Source: Candidatus Levybacteria bacterium RIFCSPHIGHO2_01_FULL_36_15b (GTDB taxonomy: Bacteria > Patescibacteriota > Microgenomatia > Levybacterales > UBA12049). Taken from it: a stretch of 64,000 nucleotides of DNA. Position numbers and translations under genes: made by a program. The notes beneath the pieces are model-generated. The model made no database searches, had not been told where the DNA came from, and worked only from the letters and a program-made list of their open reading frames with translations. Below are positions 19,311-28,996 of the stretch, one piece after another. The stretch spans positions 269,049 through 333,048 of the forward strand of contig MFNK01000003.1 of the NCBI GenBank assembly GCA_001782045.1, in the 5' to 3' direction. Numbering within the stretch: position 1 is the stretch's first letter; each line of letters begins with the position of its first letter.

Positions 19311-20417
19311 ATGAAAAACAAGAACAACAAGAAAATTGACTTTATACCTCAAATGGAACCCTCTTTTGATGAAAATGAAACTAATCAATTAATAAAGTAC
19401 ATGAGAGGAGGGGGATGGGTCACAGAGTTCAAAAAAACCCAGGAGTTTTCAGAAATGGTGCGCGACTATACAAAGTCAAAGTTCTGTTCTATCGTGTCCA
19501 ACGGCACTGTAAGCTTATATATAGCACTTATGGCATGCGGAGTAAGAAAGGGGGACGAAGTTATTGTTCCTGATTACACTATGATTGCAAGTCCAAATGC
19601 AATAGTTCTTGCTGGAGCAAAACCAGTTTTTTGCGATATAGAAAAAGCGACACTTTGTTTAGATTTTGAGCTATTTAAAAAACTCGTCAATCCTAAAACG
19701 AAGGCTGTAATGCTGGTAACAGTAAATGGAAGATACCCAACAAAATATATGGATATAGTTAACTTTTGTAAAGAAAATAAAATATTCTTAATAGAAGACG
19801 CAGCGCAATCATTTGGATCATTTTATAAGAAGAAACATCTTGGAACGTTTGGAGATATTGGAAGTTATTCATTCAGTGCTCCAAAAATAATAACTACCGG
19901 GCAAGGAGGAGCCTTAGTTACAGACAATCCTGAACTTTATGAAAAAATAAGAAAGATCAGGGATTTTGGACGAGAAAATCCAGGCAATGACCATTATCTT
20001 ACTCTTGGCTGGAATTTTAAATTTACTGATCTCCAAGCTGTCATAGGAATAGAACAACTAAAAAAAATGAAATTCAGAGTAAAAAGAAAAAAAGAGATAT
20101 ATAAATTATATACAAAATTATTGAGGAACAATAATAAGATTGAACTTATACCAACAAATCTTGAGGATACATCACCATGGTTTAACGATATTCTTGTGGA
20201 GAAAAGGACTGAATTAATAGAATTTTTAAAAATGAGTAATATAGGGACTCGGGAATTTTATCCAGCACTTCATTCAACCCCGGTATATAATATAAGAAAA
20301 GAGTTCCCGATTACTGAAATGGTTGCCAGAAAAGGCCTATGGCTACCATCCTCTGTCAAATTAACGGACGAAGATATAGCGTACATCTGTTCTAAGATAA
20401 ATGAATTTTATAAATAA
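19311..20417 (+). CDS. DegT/DnrJ/EryC1/StrS-family PLP-dependent sugar aminotransferase
   Basis: ...SAPKIITTGQGGALVTDNPELYEKIRKIRDFGRE... (PLP-lysine region). Length is 368 aa. Confidence 0.85.
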   Translation: MKNKNNKKIDFIPQMEPSFDENETNQLIKYMRGGGWVTEFKKTQEFSEMVRDYTKSKFCSIVSNGTVSLYIALMACGVRKGDEVIVPDYTMIASPNAIVLAGAKPVFCDIEKATLCLDFELFKKLVNPKTKAVMLVTVNGRYPTKYMDIVNFCKENKIFLIEDAAQSFGSFYKKKHLGTFGDIGSYSFSAPKIITTGQGGALVTDNPELYEKIRKIRDFGRENPGNDHYLTLGWNFKFTDLQAVIGIEQLKKMKFRVKRKKEIYKLYTKLLRNNNKIELIPTNLEDTSPWFNDILVEKRTELIEFLKMSNIGTREFYPALHSTPVYNIRKEFPITEMVARKGLWLPSSVKLTDEDIAYICSKINEFYK

Positions 20418-20424
20418 TATTTAG

Positions 20425-21207
20425 ATGAATACAAAATATGCAATTTTAATTTTATCTTCCGATAAATATCGTGATTTATGGGTTCCTTTTTTTGAACTTT
20501 TTTGGAAGAACTGGCCAAGTTGTCCATTTAATGTTTACTTGGGCAGTAATTCTCACGCTTTCTATCACAAGAGAGTAAAAAATATATTAACGGGAAAGGA
20601 CATTAATTGGTCTACAAGTTATAAAAAGATATTAAAACAGATTCCTGAAAAATATATTTTTGTTTTATTGGAAGATTCAATTATTACAAGCAAGATAGAT
20701 ACTGCTTTGTTCATAAAGTGCTTTAATTTTGCTGAGAGCAATGAAATAAACCATCTAAATTTTACCTCTTTACCTAGTTCTGCAATTACCTCCAAAAATC
20801 CAAAATTTATACCTGTAAAAAGATTCATACCATATAGAGTCCACGTTATTGGTTTCTGGAAAAAAGATTATCTATATGACCTTCTTCTCGAAGGAGAAAA
20901 TCCTTGGAGCTTTGAAATTATGGGCTCATATAGATCTTCCTACGATGACGGATTTTATTCTACCAAGTATCCTATTTATTCATCTATACACTTAGTTAAG
21001 AAGAATAAATGGATCCAGAATGGCTTACAATACTGTAAAGATAACGCAATAGGGATCGATATTTCTAAGAGGAAAAGCTTATCTATGTTCGAGCAACTTT
21101 TGTATAATCTCCATGAATATTATTTCAAATTTATTTATTTTCATTTTGATTGGAAAATTCGAGTGGGATTTATGAATATATTAAGAAGAGCACTGTTAAG
21201 TTACTAA
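20425..21207 (+). CDS. Hypothetical protein, possibly a nucleotide-diphospho-sugar transferase-fold enzyme
   Basis: 260 aa. ILILSSDKYRDLW...FVLLEDSII (acidic DxD-like motif). No confident family assignment. Confidence 0.5.
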   Translation: MNTKYAILILSSDKYRDLWVPFFELFWKNWPSCPFNVYLGSNSHAFYHKRVKNILTGKDINWSTSYKKILKQIPEKYIFVLLEDSIITSKIDTALFIKCFNFAESNEINHLNFTSLPSSAITSKNPKFIPVKRFIPYRVHVIGFWKKDYLYDLLLEGENPWSFEIMGSYRSSYDDGFYSTKYPIYSSIHLVKKNKWIQNGLQYCKDNAIGIDISKRKSLSMFEQLLYNLHEYYFKFIYFHFDWKIRVGFMNILRRALLSY

Positions 21208-21896
21208 TTATAATTTTTTAATGTCCAGTTTTCCCAAACAAAAGGAAATTGATAAGATAAACTATGTGTTTCTTTAAGTTCATTTTGGATCTTACTCGCT
21301 CGTAGTTCGGCATTAGGAACAAAAGTGTGAAACTGAACTTGTATATTTTTAAACCTCTTTATAAGACCTGCCTCAAGCAGATACTCGAGTAGTTCATATT
21401 CTCCTCCTTCAATATTTATCTTGATGAGATCGACTTGCTTTATTTCGTAATCCTTCATAAATTGCTTAATGCTAACTACTTTGGATTTAACCAATTCCCC
21501 TGATTTTCCAAATTCTGATGTTTCATTGTCTGACATTCGCAAGTAGATATTTCGTTTTTTACCCGACAGACCATAAGGAAAAACTTTAACATTTTTAGAG
21601 CCTCGGAATCTAACTTCTATTTTTTCTACATATTCTTTAACCGGTTCAAAGATATAGATATTACAGTGATATTTTTTTAGGATGGTTTCAGACCAAATAC
21701 CCTTATATCCTCCAAGATCAAAAACTATTGAGTTTTTTTTTAAATGATAGTTTATCCATAAGGTATTGTCTCCATCAATGAGCTTCCATTGTAATACAAC
21801 TAAAGAATGTGGAGAAAGAAAAGTTTTACCACATATTAATAAAAATGGAATAAAAATTTTAGGTATTTTAGCTAGGAACTTATTTATCATATTCAC
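21204..21896 (-). CDS. FkbM-family SAM-dependent methyltransferase
   Basis: FDLGGYKGIWSE...IYIFEPVKEY...KINIEGGEYELLEYL (FkbM-domain pattern). Confidence 0.65.
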   Translation of the reverse strand: MNMINKFLAKIPKIFIPFLLICGKTFLSPHSLVVLQWKLIDGDNTLWINYHLKKNSIVFDLGGYKGIWSETILKKYHCNIYIFEPVKEYVEKIEVRFRGSKNVKVFPYGLSGKKRNIYLRMSDNETSEFGKSGELVKSKVVSIKQFMKDYEIKQVDLIKINIEGGEYELLEYLLEAGLIKRFKNIQVQFHTFVPNAELRASKIQNELKETHSLSYQFPFVWENWTLKNYN

Positions 21897-21931
21897 GGAT
21901 TGTTTACTACATTTTTTGCATGCACATTATC

Positions 21932-22804
21932 TCATATATATTTATTGCTTCTTAAGAAGTTATAAAACCAAATTCTAATTCGAGATGGAAATATCCAAAG
22001 CGTAACGAATTGTATTAAGTTATAAAGAAAATCAAAAAAGGTAAAATGATATTTGTATTTTTTAAGAGCATTTAATCTGATTTTTAATGTTAAAATCTCT
22101 ATTGCTTTTAAGTCTGCATGACTACTGGACTCTGCATTAAACCTATATTTCAATAGTGGTTTTGATATGCTAGCAAATTCATATTTACTTCCTATTTCAA
22201 ACCATAGATCAATATCTTCACAAGGATAAATTCCTAGTTTATATCCTCCAAACTCCTTAAACACAGATTTCCTAATCATTATTGCAGGATGAGCAAATGG
22301 ACTATATCTAAACCAAATTTTCTTAAGCTCCTTAGAATCAGTTGGATAATCTCTCTTCAGTATCACCGTATCATGCTCGTCGATTATAATTATATTTGAA
22401 CCCACTACGGCTACTTTCGGATTTTTCATAAGCAATTTGTATTGAAGTTCTAATCTCTGAGGATGAGCTAGGTCATCTATATCCATTCTCGCGATATAGT
22501 TCGCCCGCGCAGAGCCTATGCCGATATTTAAAGACTGTGCAATTTTAAGGTTAGTGTTATTTTTGATTATTTTTATTCTTGGATCTCTTTTTTGAAAATT
22601 TTTTATTATTTCTAATGTTTTGTCTGTTGATGCATCATCAATAATGATTAACTCAAAGTTTTTAAATGTTTGATCTAAAACGCTTTGTATGGATTTGGTA
22701 GCAAATTTTTCCGCGTTATACGCTGGCATAACAACGGATATTAAGGGTTTTCTCGTCATATTTCTGTAAAATATCTGATAATAGCTTCGTGTAATTTTCT
22801 CCAC
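21932..22804 (-). CDS. Glycosyltransferase family 2
   Basis: LISVVMPAYNAEKFATKSIQSVLDQTFKNFELIIIDDASTDKT. The real start is probably the internal Met at ~22759 (MTRKPLISVV), which gives a 4-nt overlap with the upstream gene instead of 49 nt. Confidence 0.8.
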   Translation of the reverse strand: MEKITRSYYQIFYRNMTRKPLISVVMPAYNAEKFATKSIQSVLDQTFKNFELIIIDDASTDKTLEIIKNFQKRDPRIKIIKNNTNLKIAQSLNIGIGSARANYIARMDIDDLAHPQRLELQYKLLMKNPKVAVVGSNIIIIDEHDTVILKRDYPTDSKELKKIWFRYSPFAHPAIMIRKSVFKEFGGYKLGIYPCEDIDLWFEIGSKYEFASISKPLLKYRFNAESSSHADLKAIEILTLKIRLNALKKYKYHFTFFDFLYNLIQFVTLWIFPSRIRIWFYNFLRSNKYI

Positions 22805-23835
22805 CCTGGCTTTAAATTGGAATTTATTATTAGAGGCTTTTTAATTTTTCTTAAACATTCATATATAGCATGAGGGGTTTTATCTACTATCAGATTATTT
22901 GCTGACGAGTTTAATGCACTATCTCTCAGGCCTGCTGAATCATACGCCACCACTTGTGTTCCGGCATAGTTTGCTTCAGGAACGATCATTCCCCAACCTT
23001 CCCTACTTGATGGAACAAGTAAAATCCAAGCTCGTGACATTTCTAAAAATTTTTTACTCTCTGAAACATAACCCAGAAACTTAACATATTTTTTTATTCC
23101 AAGACTTGACACTTTATCTCTAAGTTTTTGCTCGAATTCATCTGTACCTCTCCCAATTATCCTGAGATACCATTTTTTATCAGAATTAGAATTCAATAAA
23201 GCGATCGTTTCTATAGCATCTTTTATTCCTTTTACCTCGGCGAGTCTGCCCACGAATAGCGCTGTAGGTGTGAAGTATTTTTTTTGCTTATTTATTTCCT
23301 CAGGTGCATCAAACCCCATAGGTAATATCTTAATTTTTTCACTTCTTACTCCAAGGGCTATCAAATCCCTCTTAGTAGACTCTGATATTGTTAAAATCGT
23401 GTTTAACCCATAGATTTTAAACATAATATGTTTCTCTATAAATTTACCTATGTTACTTGTAGGAAAAGATAACATTTCATCCCAGATGTTTTTTGCGACC
23501 TCACAAATAACAGTAGTTTTCTTGATACCTAATGCGAATATAGGAGAATAGTAGCCTGTACCATGTATGCAGTCTATTATTAAATCTACCTTACCAAACT
23601 TACCCGCCCAGAGGAAGATTGGCCAAAGAAGAAAATGAGTGAATCTGTTTCCATAACGAATAATTTCTATTTTTCCAAACTGGCCACCTGACGATAAATT
23701 TTCTTCTCTCATTGAGTACCACTTAACTTTGTCTCCTTTTTTAATGAAGGGGGCGAGTATCTGTAGATTCAATTTTTCAGCTCCCCCTGATAAGGAATTT
23801 AGCGGATCACGCCAGTTGAGAATCAAAATATTCAT
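22756..23835 (-). CDS. Glycosyltransferase family 4
   Basis: GRLAEVKGIKDAIETI... and SSREGWGMIVPEANYAGTQVVAYDSAGLRDS (E-x7-E). Confidence 0.8.
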   Translation of the reverse strand: MNILILNWRDPLNSLSGGAEKLNLQILAPFIKKGDKVKWYSMREENLSSGGQFGKIEIIRYGNRFTHFLLWPIFLWAGKFGKVDLIIDCIHGTGYYSPIFALGIKKTTVICEVAKNIWDEMLSFPTSNIGKFIEKHIMFKIYGLNTILTISESTKRDLIALGVRSEKIKILPMGFDAPEEINKQKKYFTPTALFVGRLAEVKGIKDAIETIALLNSNSDKKWYLRIIGRGTDEFEQKLRDKVSSLGIKKYVKFLGYVSESKKFLEMSRAWILLVPSSREGWGMIVPEANYAGTQVVAYDSAGLRDSALNSSANNLIVDKTPHAIYECLRKIKKPLIINSNLKPGWRKLHEAIIRYFTEI

Positions 23836-24584
23836 TTCTTATCGTAATATCTTAAGATTTTCAAACGATAGAAAACTGCCATTGTATCCCAGAGCATCCA
23901 AAAAATAACACGCCAGAAAGAAGACGAGGTGATACTAGATATGTTTTTAAAATTAATTCTGACCGGAGCTTCAAAAATTCTGTGGTAGCCTAATTTATAA
24001 GCAACCGCTAATACCTCTATGTCAAAAGCGAATTTCTTGACAACAATTCTTTTAAAAACATCTTTGGCTGCTTTTTTTCTAAAGATTTTTAAACCGACCT
24101 GTGTATCTTTTATACCAAAACCGAAAAGAAACTGAGTTAAGCTTCTATAGCCCCAGGATAGAATTTTGCGCCATAGAGGATAGTTAACTTTTGATTCGGG
24201 ATGTAATTTACTTCCAATTACAATATCTGCCTTATTCCAGTCCATAATGTCTAACATTAAGGAAATTTGAGTAGGATCCAAATCCCCTCCTGCATCTATA
24301 AATCCAATTACGTCCCCCGTTGCCCTTTCAACCCCTTTTTTAATAGCAAAACCCTTCCCTTCATTTTTTTCATATCCCAAAGCAACAACCTCAATATTTT
24401 TGAGCTTGGATAACTTTTGCATTGTTTTGTCTAAATAACCATCCACCACAACAATTAATTCGTGTTTTAGGGGAAGCGCAGAAAGAGCTTTATCAAGATT
24501 TTTTACATCCTTTGCGATAGTTTTTTCTTGTTTATATGCCGGAACAACTAATGAAATGGAATTTGCTCTCATTAATAAATGCAA
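23832..24584 (-). CDS. GT2 polyprenol-phosphate-sugar synthase-like (DPM1/GtrB/ArnC-like)
   Basis: ISLVVPAYKQEKTIAKDV...LIVVVDGYLDKT, ...FGIKDTQVGLKIFRK. The 250-aa length is typical of Dpm1-like enzymes. Confidence 0.7.
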   Translation of the reverse strand: MHLLMRANSISLVVPAYKQEKTIAKDVKNLDKALSALPLKHELIVVVDGYLDKTMQKLSKLKNIEVVALGYEKNEGKGFAIKKGVERATGDVIGFIDAGGDLDPTQISLMLDIMDWNKADIVIGSKLHPESKVNYPLWRKILSWGYRSLTQFLFGFGIKDTQVGLKIFRKKAAKDVFKRIVVKKFAFDIEVLAVAYKLGYHRIFEAPVRINFKNISSITSSSFWRVIFWMLWDTMAVFYRLKILRYYDKK

Positions 24585-24596
24585 AGTTATTTTAAC

Positions 24597-25853
24597 TTAT
24601 ATTCCAAACTTTTTGAAGTAGTAGGAAAGAAGCGCTATTAATAATATCGATGAGGAAAAAATTGAAACATAAATGATTTGATAGAAATCAGCATGATATA
24701 AATAAATGAAAACTATCTGAAGAATAGCTACGGGTATAACTAGCAACCAAATTTTAGTCTGGTTAAAAGAAAGAAAAAGGTTTACACATACATTAACCAT
24801 GCTAAATATAGTTAAGAATAATCCGAAAAGACCAAGAAATTTAGCTATTTCTAAATATTCTCTGCCTCCTAAAAATAGAGTTATCACAAACTGAGGGTAT
24901 AGATAATAAAACGTAGTGATAAGCGCTGCCGGAAGAAAAACTAAAACAAGAGCAAGATAAAATAGTCTTTTATAACTAGCTCCAATAGCATGTCTTTTAA
25001 TTAGAAGTGGAAACAAAACTGAGGGAATTGGCATGGTAAAGTAGAATATCACTTTTCCAATTAGAGATAATCCAGCATAAAAACCTGCTTGCTTTGCTTC
25101 AAATAGATGTCTTACAAGAATTACATCAATGGAGGTAAACGATGTGAGAAACAACATAGTAAAAAAAGCCGGAACCGAATAAGATAAAATCTCTTTTTTA
25201 GGGAGGTTTATGCTTTGATTAAACTTTAAATTTATAAATGATCGCAATGGAAAAAATGAGATAAGAAATGAACCTAATGTCATAAAAAATATTGCAATCA
25301 AACCGGAATAAGCCTTAAATCCTAAATAAACAAGTAGTACACCTGCGGCAAGTTTTATGATACTAGAAACAACAGCAATTACAGATATTAATGGGAATTT
25401 TAATAAACTTTGAAGAAAAGATTGATTAAGACTACTTAAATAGACGATTGAAACAATTGCTCCTACCACAACCAAATACCAGATGCTATCCAATTTTAGA
25501 AATAATGAGATTGGAAAGGTTAATGCGCAGAAAATCGCAAACAAAGTGATTGAAAAAATCAGTAAAAATTTTGCACACAGATTATAAAACGAGGAAAATT
25601 TATCCAACTTTCCTTGTGCATAATAATCCGTTGCAAATTTTACAATAATTGTACTAATTGAGCCTGCCGGAATAAGTGCTAAGGAAATAATTGCAAGAAG
25701 ACTTGCAAATATTCCATAATCGGTCACTGACAAATTGCGTGCCAGAAAAAGGTTAAGAAGAAATGCCAAGAAATTCCCCGCCATCCCCCCTAAAAATAAA
25801 TAAAATGAACCTTTTATCAGGTCATGGCGTAGTAGCTTTGTTAATAAATTCAT
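24597..25853 (-). CDS. Wzx-like oligosaccharide/polysaccharide flippase (MOP superfamily)
   Basis: 418 aa, ~12 predicted TM. N-terminal LIKGSFYLFLGGMAGNFLAFLLNLFLARNLSVTDYGIFA is typical of Polysacc_synt family proteins. Confidence 0.7.
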   Translation of the reverse strand: MNLLTKLLRHDLIKGSFYLFLGGMAGNFLAFLLNLFLARNLSVTDYGIFASLLAIISLALIPAGSISTIIVKFATDYYAQGKLDKFSSFYNLCAKFLLIFSITLFAIFCALTFPISLFLKLDSIWYLVVVGAIVSIVYLSSLNQSFLQSLLKFPLISVIAVVSSIIKLAAGVLLVYLGFKAYSGLIAIFFMTLGSFLISFFPLRSFINLKFNQSINLPKKEILSYSVPAFFTMLFLTSFTSIDVILVRHLFEAKQAGFYAGLSLIGKVIFYFTMPIPSVLFPLLIKRHAIGASYKRLFYLALVLVFLPAALITTFYYLYPQFVITLFLGGREYLEIAKFLGLFGLFLTIFSMVNVCVNLFLSFNQTKIWLLVIPVAILQIVFIYLYHADFYQIIYVSIFSSSILLIALLSYYFKKFGI

Positions 25854-26902
25854 ACACTTTTATAAACATCGATTGTTTCCTGTGCGGTTTTTTTCCAAGA
25901 AAAACGCTTTACATTTTCTAAGCCTTTCTCCTGAAACTCTTTTTGTAGTTTTTCGTCTTCAAAGACCTCTTTAATTCCTTCAGCCATTTTTTCGTAATTA
26001 AATGGGTCAATATAATAAACACTGTTTCCGCCAACTTCTAAGAGAGATGCTTCTTTTGTTGTAATAACCGGAGAACCACATGCCTGTGCTTCAAGAACTG
26101 GGAGTCCGAAACCTTCATAGAATGATGGCAGTATAGAAACTGTAGCGGTATTATAAAGAGACACTAAATCTTCCTGGGTTACAAAACCAAGAACAGTAAT
26201 AAGATTTGAATTTTCAGTTTTAAATTCGTCGATTTGTTGATGTACACGAACGAGATCCCTATTCCATAAGTTAGTTTTATCGAACTCAGAGACAAAAGCC
26301 TTACCAACCAAAACAAGCGGTATGTTCGCGGCTTTAATCGCATTAAGAAGTCTTGGAAGATTTTTATTTGGGGTCACATCACCAACATACAATACAAACT
26401 TCTCAGGTAGATTATACTTTTTCCTAACTTCCATTTTCCATTTTCCACCTTCAAGAACTCTAAACTCTTCCCCCGCGGCTAAGTAGACAACGTTTACCTT
26501 ATTTTCTTTCGCCCCAACATACTTAAGAATGTCGCCCTTGGAATTTTTGGAATCTGTTATTATTGCATTCGCTTGCTTTAGAGAAAATCTTTGCATCTGC
26601 CATTTAAGCTGACCTTTAAAACCTCTTGGAAAAAGATTGGGAAAAACTATTGGAGTTAAATCGTGGACTGTAACAACTGTTTTATATCTTTTGTATAAAG
26701 GAAGCGCAAGAAAAAACGGTTCGAAATAAGGAAAATGTACCAAATCTACTTTGTTAGGTAATTTATCTCCCGTATTAAAAAATATGTATTCATTTTCCGG
26801 AAAGTAATTAACTAAGGAGCTCTTAAGATGTTCTAAATAAAACCCAACTCCTCTAACTTTATGACCTGTTTGTAGCGGTGAAACATCGATTGCAACTTTC
26901 AT
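25850..26902 (-). CDS. Glycosyltransferase family 4
   Basis: ...SFYEGFGLPVLEAQACGSPVITTKEASLLEVGG. Confidence 0.8.
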   Translation of the reverse strand: MKVAIDVSPLQTGHKVRGVGFYLEHLKSSLVNYFPENEYIFFNTGDKLPNKVDLVHFPYFEPFFLALPLYKRYKTVVTVHDLTPIVFPNLFPRGFKGQLKWQMQRFSLKQANAIITDSKNSKGDILKYVGAKENKVNVVYLAAGEEFRVLEGGKWKMEVRKKYNLPEKFVLYVGDVTPNKNLPRLLNAIKAANIPLVLVGKAFVSEFDKTNLWNRDLVRVHQQIDEFKTENSNLITVLGFVTQEDLVSLYNTATVSILPSFYEGFGLPVLEAQACGSPVITTKEASLLEVGGNSVYYIDPFNYEKMAEGIKEVFEDEKLQKEFQEKGLENVKRFSWKKTAQETIDVYKSV

Positions 26903-28041
26903 AAGTATCTTTTGAGTTTTGGAAATTTAAAAACTAAAAACTCATAAACTCCGTATGTTGCAATTATATATAAAACAGGGATCAGAATTACAAAATATCT
27001 AGCGCTTGCATCGCCTAAGCTCATTAAAATTAAATAACTTAAAGACCAAACAAGCAATATCTCTATTTCTAGCTTTGTATTTCTTGCTATAAAACTTCTC
27101 ATCAGAGTTAAAAAAGATATCACAGTTATGAGAGGCCAAGTGATGAACCATTGAGGATCGTATGCAATTGCATTTCCGTTGTACCATTTATTAATAAGCA
27201 AAAGTGGCCAAATAGTAAATGGCTGTCTTAAATGCCCAGTGTTGTAAAGAAAAATCCATTTTTGAATTCCCAAAAATTTGTTTAATGGGTAACCATCTAA
27301 TAGTACTTTCAAATAAGTTGAATATAAGAATAATACTGCCACTGGTAGGCTGATTATTAGTTGTTTAAGCCTCATATAATCTTTATGTATCAAAAGTGGA
27401 ATTACTAAGGCAACTATAATTGCCGCTCCACTTCCGAAAAATTTTGTTGATATAAAAGCGCCTAAAAATACAGCAGATAAAAAAATATTAAAAAAACTAT
27501 TTCTTGTAATTCTTGCTCTATTAAAAAAATAAAAAATTAACAGCAAGAAAGATAGCTGCATCAAATCTAATAAGGGCGTATAAATCAATTGATTCTTAAA
27601 AATTGGTTCAAAACTAAACAAGAGAGGTGGCAAAGAGGCAATTAAGGAATTTCCGAAAATTTGTTTCCCAACAAGATACATGAGAAACAATGACAGAAGG
27701 GAAAATAAAAATATAACAACGTTTGGATTATTAAAAATAAGAATTGAAGCTCCAATTAAATATTTGCCAAGTGGCGGTGCTTCTGGGTTCGTAATTATGG
27801 GACTTTCTCCTTTAATCAATGCTCCTGCGGAATATGAATATAAATAAAAATCCTTTATAAAATTTCCATGTTTATTCTTATAAACAGAGTCGTAGACCAT
27901 TTTTTTCAGATCAGAGAAGTTATGCCAATAATTGAACGTATATAAATCTTTGTGCGAGTAAACTACAGAAAAAACGTTATAAAAAATCAGCGCAATAAGA
28001 ATAATTTTGATATATTTTAAATTTTTGAGTGCCATTTCCAT
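26899..28041 (-). CDS. Polytopic membrane protein, GT39/PMT_2-like lipid-carrier-dependent glycosyltransferase (divergent)
   Basis: 380 aa with ~10 TM and a first-loop region YSAGALIKGESPIITNPEAPPLGKYLIGASI resembling ArnT/PMT_2 proteins. Confidence 0.55.
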   Translation of the reverse strand: MEMALKNLKYIKIILIALIFYNVFSVVYSHKDLYTFNYWHNFSDLKKMVYDSVYKNKHGNFIKDFYLYSYSAGALIKGESPIITNPEAPPLGKYLIGASILIFNNPNVVIFLFSLLSLFLMYLVGKQIFGNSLIASLPPLLFSFEPIFKNQLIYTPLLDLMQLSFLLLIFYFFNRARITRNSFFNIFLSAVFLGAFISTKFFGSGAAIIVALVIPLLIHKDYMRLKQLIISLPVAVLFLYSTYLKVLLDGYPLNKFLGIQKWIFLYNTGHLRQPFTIWPLLLINKWYNGNAIAYDPQWFITWPLITVISFLTLMRSFIARNTKLEIEILLVWSLSYLILMSLGDASARYFVILIPVLYIIATYGVYEFLVFKFPKLKRYL

Positions 28042-28982
28042 GCGCTTTCAATAATTGTTTTAAGATCTGAATTTATTGGATTAAAACCTAAAATATTTTT
28101 TGCTTTTGTATTGTCTGCAAAGATTTGTGGTGGATCGCCAAATCTTCTATCTTTATATGCAATTTGCAAATCCTTTTCGCTCACCTTTTTTACCATTTCT
28201 AAAACTCCTAGGTTAGAATATCCCTTTCCTGCTCCAAGATTAAAACTATCGCTTGTGTTTTTATCCTTAAGATACGAAAGTGCCTGTAAATGAGCCTCTG
28301 CCAAATCTAAAACGTGGATATAATCCCTAATACAAGTGCCATCAGGTGTTGGATAGTCCTTGCCAAAGAGCGTAAAGGGTTTGTTTTCAAGAATAGCGAT
28401 TATTGCGTTTGGAATAATATGGGTTTCAGCTTCATGGTTTTCCCCCATTGAGCCATCCAAAGCTGCTCCCGCAGCATTAAAATAGCGAAGATTAATGTGT
28501 TTGATATTGTAAATTTTATCGTACCAGAACAAAACTTTCTCAAACATTAACTTAGACTGTCCATAAACACTTTCCGGCTTCTTAGACTCATCCTCGCTCA
28601 CCGGTATTTTCTTCGGTGTACCATATATAGAGCATGTAGATGAAAAAACAAAGTGAGAAGTTTTTCCTTTCATCGCATCAAGCAGGTTAAGACCACCCTG
28701 GATGTTATTCTCAAAATACTTTTCGGGTTTTTCCATTGACTCTCCTGCTAAAGCATAAGCGGCAAAGTGAATTACAGCATCGAATTTGTTTTCGGAAAAT
28801 ATTTTTTTGACAAATTCTTTGTCTAATAGGTTTCCTTCGTAAAGCTTAACTTCCTGTGGAACAACCTCCCTGTGCCCAACTTCTAAACTATCCAAGACAA
28901 TAGGCTCGTCTCCGTTTTCGATGAGTCGCTTTACCATGAAACTTCCGATGTAACCTGCTCCTCCTGTTACTAATATCTTCAT
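28017..28982 (-). CDS. galE: UDP-glucose 4-epimerase
   Basis: MKILVTGGAGYIGSFMVKRL, YGQSKLMFE, RYFNAAGA, GTCIRDYIHVLDLAEAH and FNLGAGKGYS align with GalE. Confidence 0.9.
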   Translation of the reverse strand: MKILVTGGAGYIGSFMVKRLIENGDEPIVLDSLEVGHREVVPQEVKLYEGNLLDKEFVKKIFSENKFDAVIHFAAYALAGESMEKPEKYFENNIQGGLNLLDAMKGKTSHFVFSSTCSIYGTPKKIPVSEDESKKPESVYGQSKLMFEKVLFWYDKIYNIKHINLRYFNAAGAALDGSMGENHEAETHIIPNAIIAILENKPFTLFGKDYPTPDGTCIRDYIHVLDLAEAHLQALSYLKDKNTSDSFNLGAGKGYSNLGVLEMVKKVSEKDLQIAYKDRRFGDPPQIFADNTKAKNILGFNPINSDLKTIIESAWKWHSKI

Positions 28983-28996
28983 TCTTCTATTTTACC

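Noticed and set aside
12957-21746. Poly-A/poly-T runs of 9-10 nt inside coding regions (e.g. 12958-12966, 21738-21746)
   Set aside because: Expected by composition in a ~30% GC genome; they occur throughout and are in-frame.
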